A stretch of 64,000 bases of DNA. It comes from an uncultured delta proteobacterium. Its GTDB lineage: Bacteria > Myxococcota_A > Polyangia > Polyangiales > Polyangiaceae. This document shows positions 62,199-64,000 of the stretch, one piece after another. A model generated the notes under the pieces. It saw nothing but the letters and a program-made list of their open reading frames with translations. It did no database searches and had not been told where the DNA came from. The stretch lies in contig CAWKKR010000007.1 in the NCBI GenBank assembly GCA_963850305.1, positions 864,001-928,000 of the forward strand. The letters are read 5' to 3'. The position numbers and the translations under genes are program-made. Within the stretch, counting starts at the first letter, position 1, and every line of letters starts with the position of its first letter.

Positions 62199-62753
62199 AT
62201 GGCCATGATTCGCTCGATCCTCGCCGCCGCTTCCGGCGTGTTTCTCGTGGGGACAATCGTCTCGGGCTGCGGAAGCAAGTCGGATTCCGGAGGCGATAGC
62301 CAGGCATCCTCCCAGACGGGGTACGCCGCGGAGCCCGCGTGCTCCGTGGAAACGCGCGCCACGCCGTACAGCGCCGGTATGTCGGAGACGGCGGCAGACG
62401 GCATGGTCGTGACGATCGACAATGCCGTTCCGGCGCCGCCGCGTATCGGCCAGCCCGACCCCACGACGAGGAAGTACAACCAGTGGACGATGTCCGTTCG
62501 TGCCGGTCTGGACGGCGGCATCGGAGATGCTGGCCCGGGACAGCTCATCCCCAACGCAACTCTGAAGATTACACCGTACATGCCCGATCACGGTCACGGC
62601 AGCCCGGTCAACAACGTCGTCACCCCTCAGGGCGACGGGACCTACTCGGTCCGCGATCTCGACTTCAGCATGCAAGGGTTCTGGGACGTGACGGTCGCAG
62701 TGACCGTCGGCGGCACGACCGAGCAGGTCATCTTCCCGCTCTGCGTCGACTGA
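62199..62753 (+). CDS. YtkA/FixH-like lipoprotein
   Basis: SD AAGGAG; IVSGC lipobox; MPDHGHGS and FSMQGFWDVTV. Confidence 0.7.
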   Translation: MAMIRSILAAASGVFLVGTIVSGCGSKSDSGGDSQASSQTGYAAEPACSVETRATPYSAGMSETAADGMVVTIDNAVPAPPRIGQPDPTTRKYNQWTMSVRAGLDGGIGDAGPGQLIPNATLKITPYMPDHGHGSPVNNVVTPQGDGTYSVRDLDFSMQGFWDVTVAVTVGGTTEQVIFPLCVD

Positions 62754-62760
62754 GCTGCTG

Positions 62761-64000
62761 TCAGAAAACTTTGGATGAACCGGTGATCACGCAGGTCGCA
62801 GGCTCGCTGCCGACGAGCTTGGTGCCCAGATTTTCGGCCTGGGCCAGAGCGGGAGTCCAGACGAGGGTCGTCGTGATGCCGCCGTCGCCTGGATCCGGCA
62901 CGTCGTCGATGGTCGGGAGAGCGTCGACGATGGCTTGCGACGACGCGTCTGCAGGGCCGCCGAGGTCGAGCTGCGCGGAAGCGTCCTGGACGCCTGCGTC
63001 GCCGCCGCCGGGAGGCGCGGTCAAGCCCGTTCCGAAGAGATCGTTCAGGACGTCGCGGCCGATCGTTCGCATGTGGATGGTCAGAGTGACCTTCGCCGGC
63101 GTCTGATAATGGCTGCCGATCTGGTACTGCCGCATGTGGTACGTGCGGTACGCGTGCGGAGCAGCGAATAGGGGGCTGGTCGAATCGAGTGTCTGCGTCT
63201 CGGGTATGGGTGTCTGCTGGCCCGCTGACTGGTCGATGCTCGCCACCTGCCAGAACATGTGCGCGGGCTGGCCGCTCTGGTCGAGCGCGACGTCGCGGAA
63301 CACCCAGAGATCTGGATCGTTCTTGACGTCAATGACCGGCGTTCCGGGGGGGACGACTCCGCTCCTGTACGTCTCCGTGCCGTCGGCCGCGTAAGCGTGC
63401 ACTTCGACCCACATCCGCCGATCCTGGCTCGCCCCTGAAGGCACTTTGTGCCCGGCGCCAAAGTTGTCGATCCCGACGATGGCGTTCCCGCTGTCCGGTG
63501 CGACGCACAGGTCGGTGAGCATCGCGGTGGAGAACTGGCTCTCTACTTGCTCCAGCTGCACGTCCTTCTCCGGAAATCCGGGCGTGATTGCCACGTCGAT
63601 TCCGGGGAATTCATGGTGGTGCCGGAACGGACGCGAGGGAACGACGAGGCCCGGCGCGCTGGCGATGGGGACATTGATGTCGGTCGCCATGTGGCAATTC
63701 CCGCACGACTCGGGCGTGGGGCTTGCGGGCCTCGGCTTGCTGAAGATCGACGCGTTCCACTCGGTGAACGTGCGTTCGAGCGCCACGTCCTGCGCCGCGC
63801 CGGAGAAGTGCGCGGGCACGACGATATCGTGGCACGAACCACAGAGCGTCGAGCTATCGGCGACGTCGTTGCTGTCGTGGAGCTTCGAGTACGCGCCGAT
63901 GTGCACGTCGTTCTTCACGGGGTTCGCGATGCCGCCCCGCATCGTCGTGTCGTTCGCGAGGACGAGCGGGTTGTTGTGCGTCCCCTGGACGTCCTTCACC
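62761..64000 (-). CDS. Multiheme c-type cytochrome (5' end outside the window)
   Basis: CGSCH and CGNCH heme motifs; TFTEW, H.FPG, GAGHKVPSG...RRMWVEV. Confidence 0.8.
   Translation of the reverse strand, partial: VKDVQGTHNNPLVLANDTTMRGGIANPVKNDVHIGAYSKLHDSNDVADSSTLCGSCHDIVVPAHFSGAAQDVALERTFTEWNASIFSKPRPASPTPESCGNCHMATDINVPIASAPGLVVPSRPFRHHHEFPGIDVAITPGFPEKDVQLEQVESQFSTAMLTDLCVAPDSGNAIVGIDNFGAGHKVPSGASQDRRMWVEVHAYAADGTETYRSGVVPPGTPVIDVKNDPDLWVFRDVALDQSGQPAHMFWQVASIDQSAGQQTPIPETQTLDSTSPLFAAPHAYRTYHMRQYQIGSHYQTPAKVTLTIHMRTIGRDVLNDLFGTGLTAPPGGGDAGVQDASAQLDLGGPADASSQAIVDALPTIDDVPDPGDGGITTTLVWTPALAQAENLGTKLVGSEPATCVITGSSKVF

Overview
A GC-rich chromosomal window that looks like a myxobacterium, probably Polyangiaceae/Sorangiineae. 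This is inferred from a TIGR04551-like protein, a MYXO-CTERM-like tail, several Ser/Thr kinases and many Cys-rich lipoproteins. The left ~36 kb is mostly housekeeping: pdxJ, rpsT, an ECF sigma/anti-sigma pair, an S1-domain protein, mrp, alaS, murB, dprA-topA-trmFO, hemW, relA/spoT and tRNA-Gly(GCC). The right ~28 kb is more accessory: a PHAX-domain protein, a thioredoxin-like/APS reductase fusion, a His-less histidine kinase, an atypical sigma54 activator, dodecin, secreted and heme proteins, and a partial ebo cluster (eboD-eboE in one frame, eboC, eboF). I saw no integrase, transposase or CRISPR array. Four genes (S1 protein, alaS, sugar dehydrogenase, eboC) are split by small frameshifts that are most likely assembly errors. 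The main candidates for something new are: a sigma54-type promoter leading into a ~110-nt two-hairpin element with repeated CAAGAA loops (candidate sRNA) divergent from the activator gene; the PHAX-like gene behind tRNA-Gly; a double HARE-HTH plus degenerate Mrr protein preceded by a ~41-bp-period repeat; and the EboD-EboE fusion. All family assignments come from motifs recognised by eye, not from database searches.
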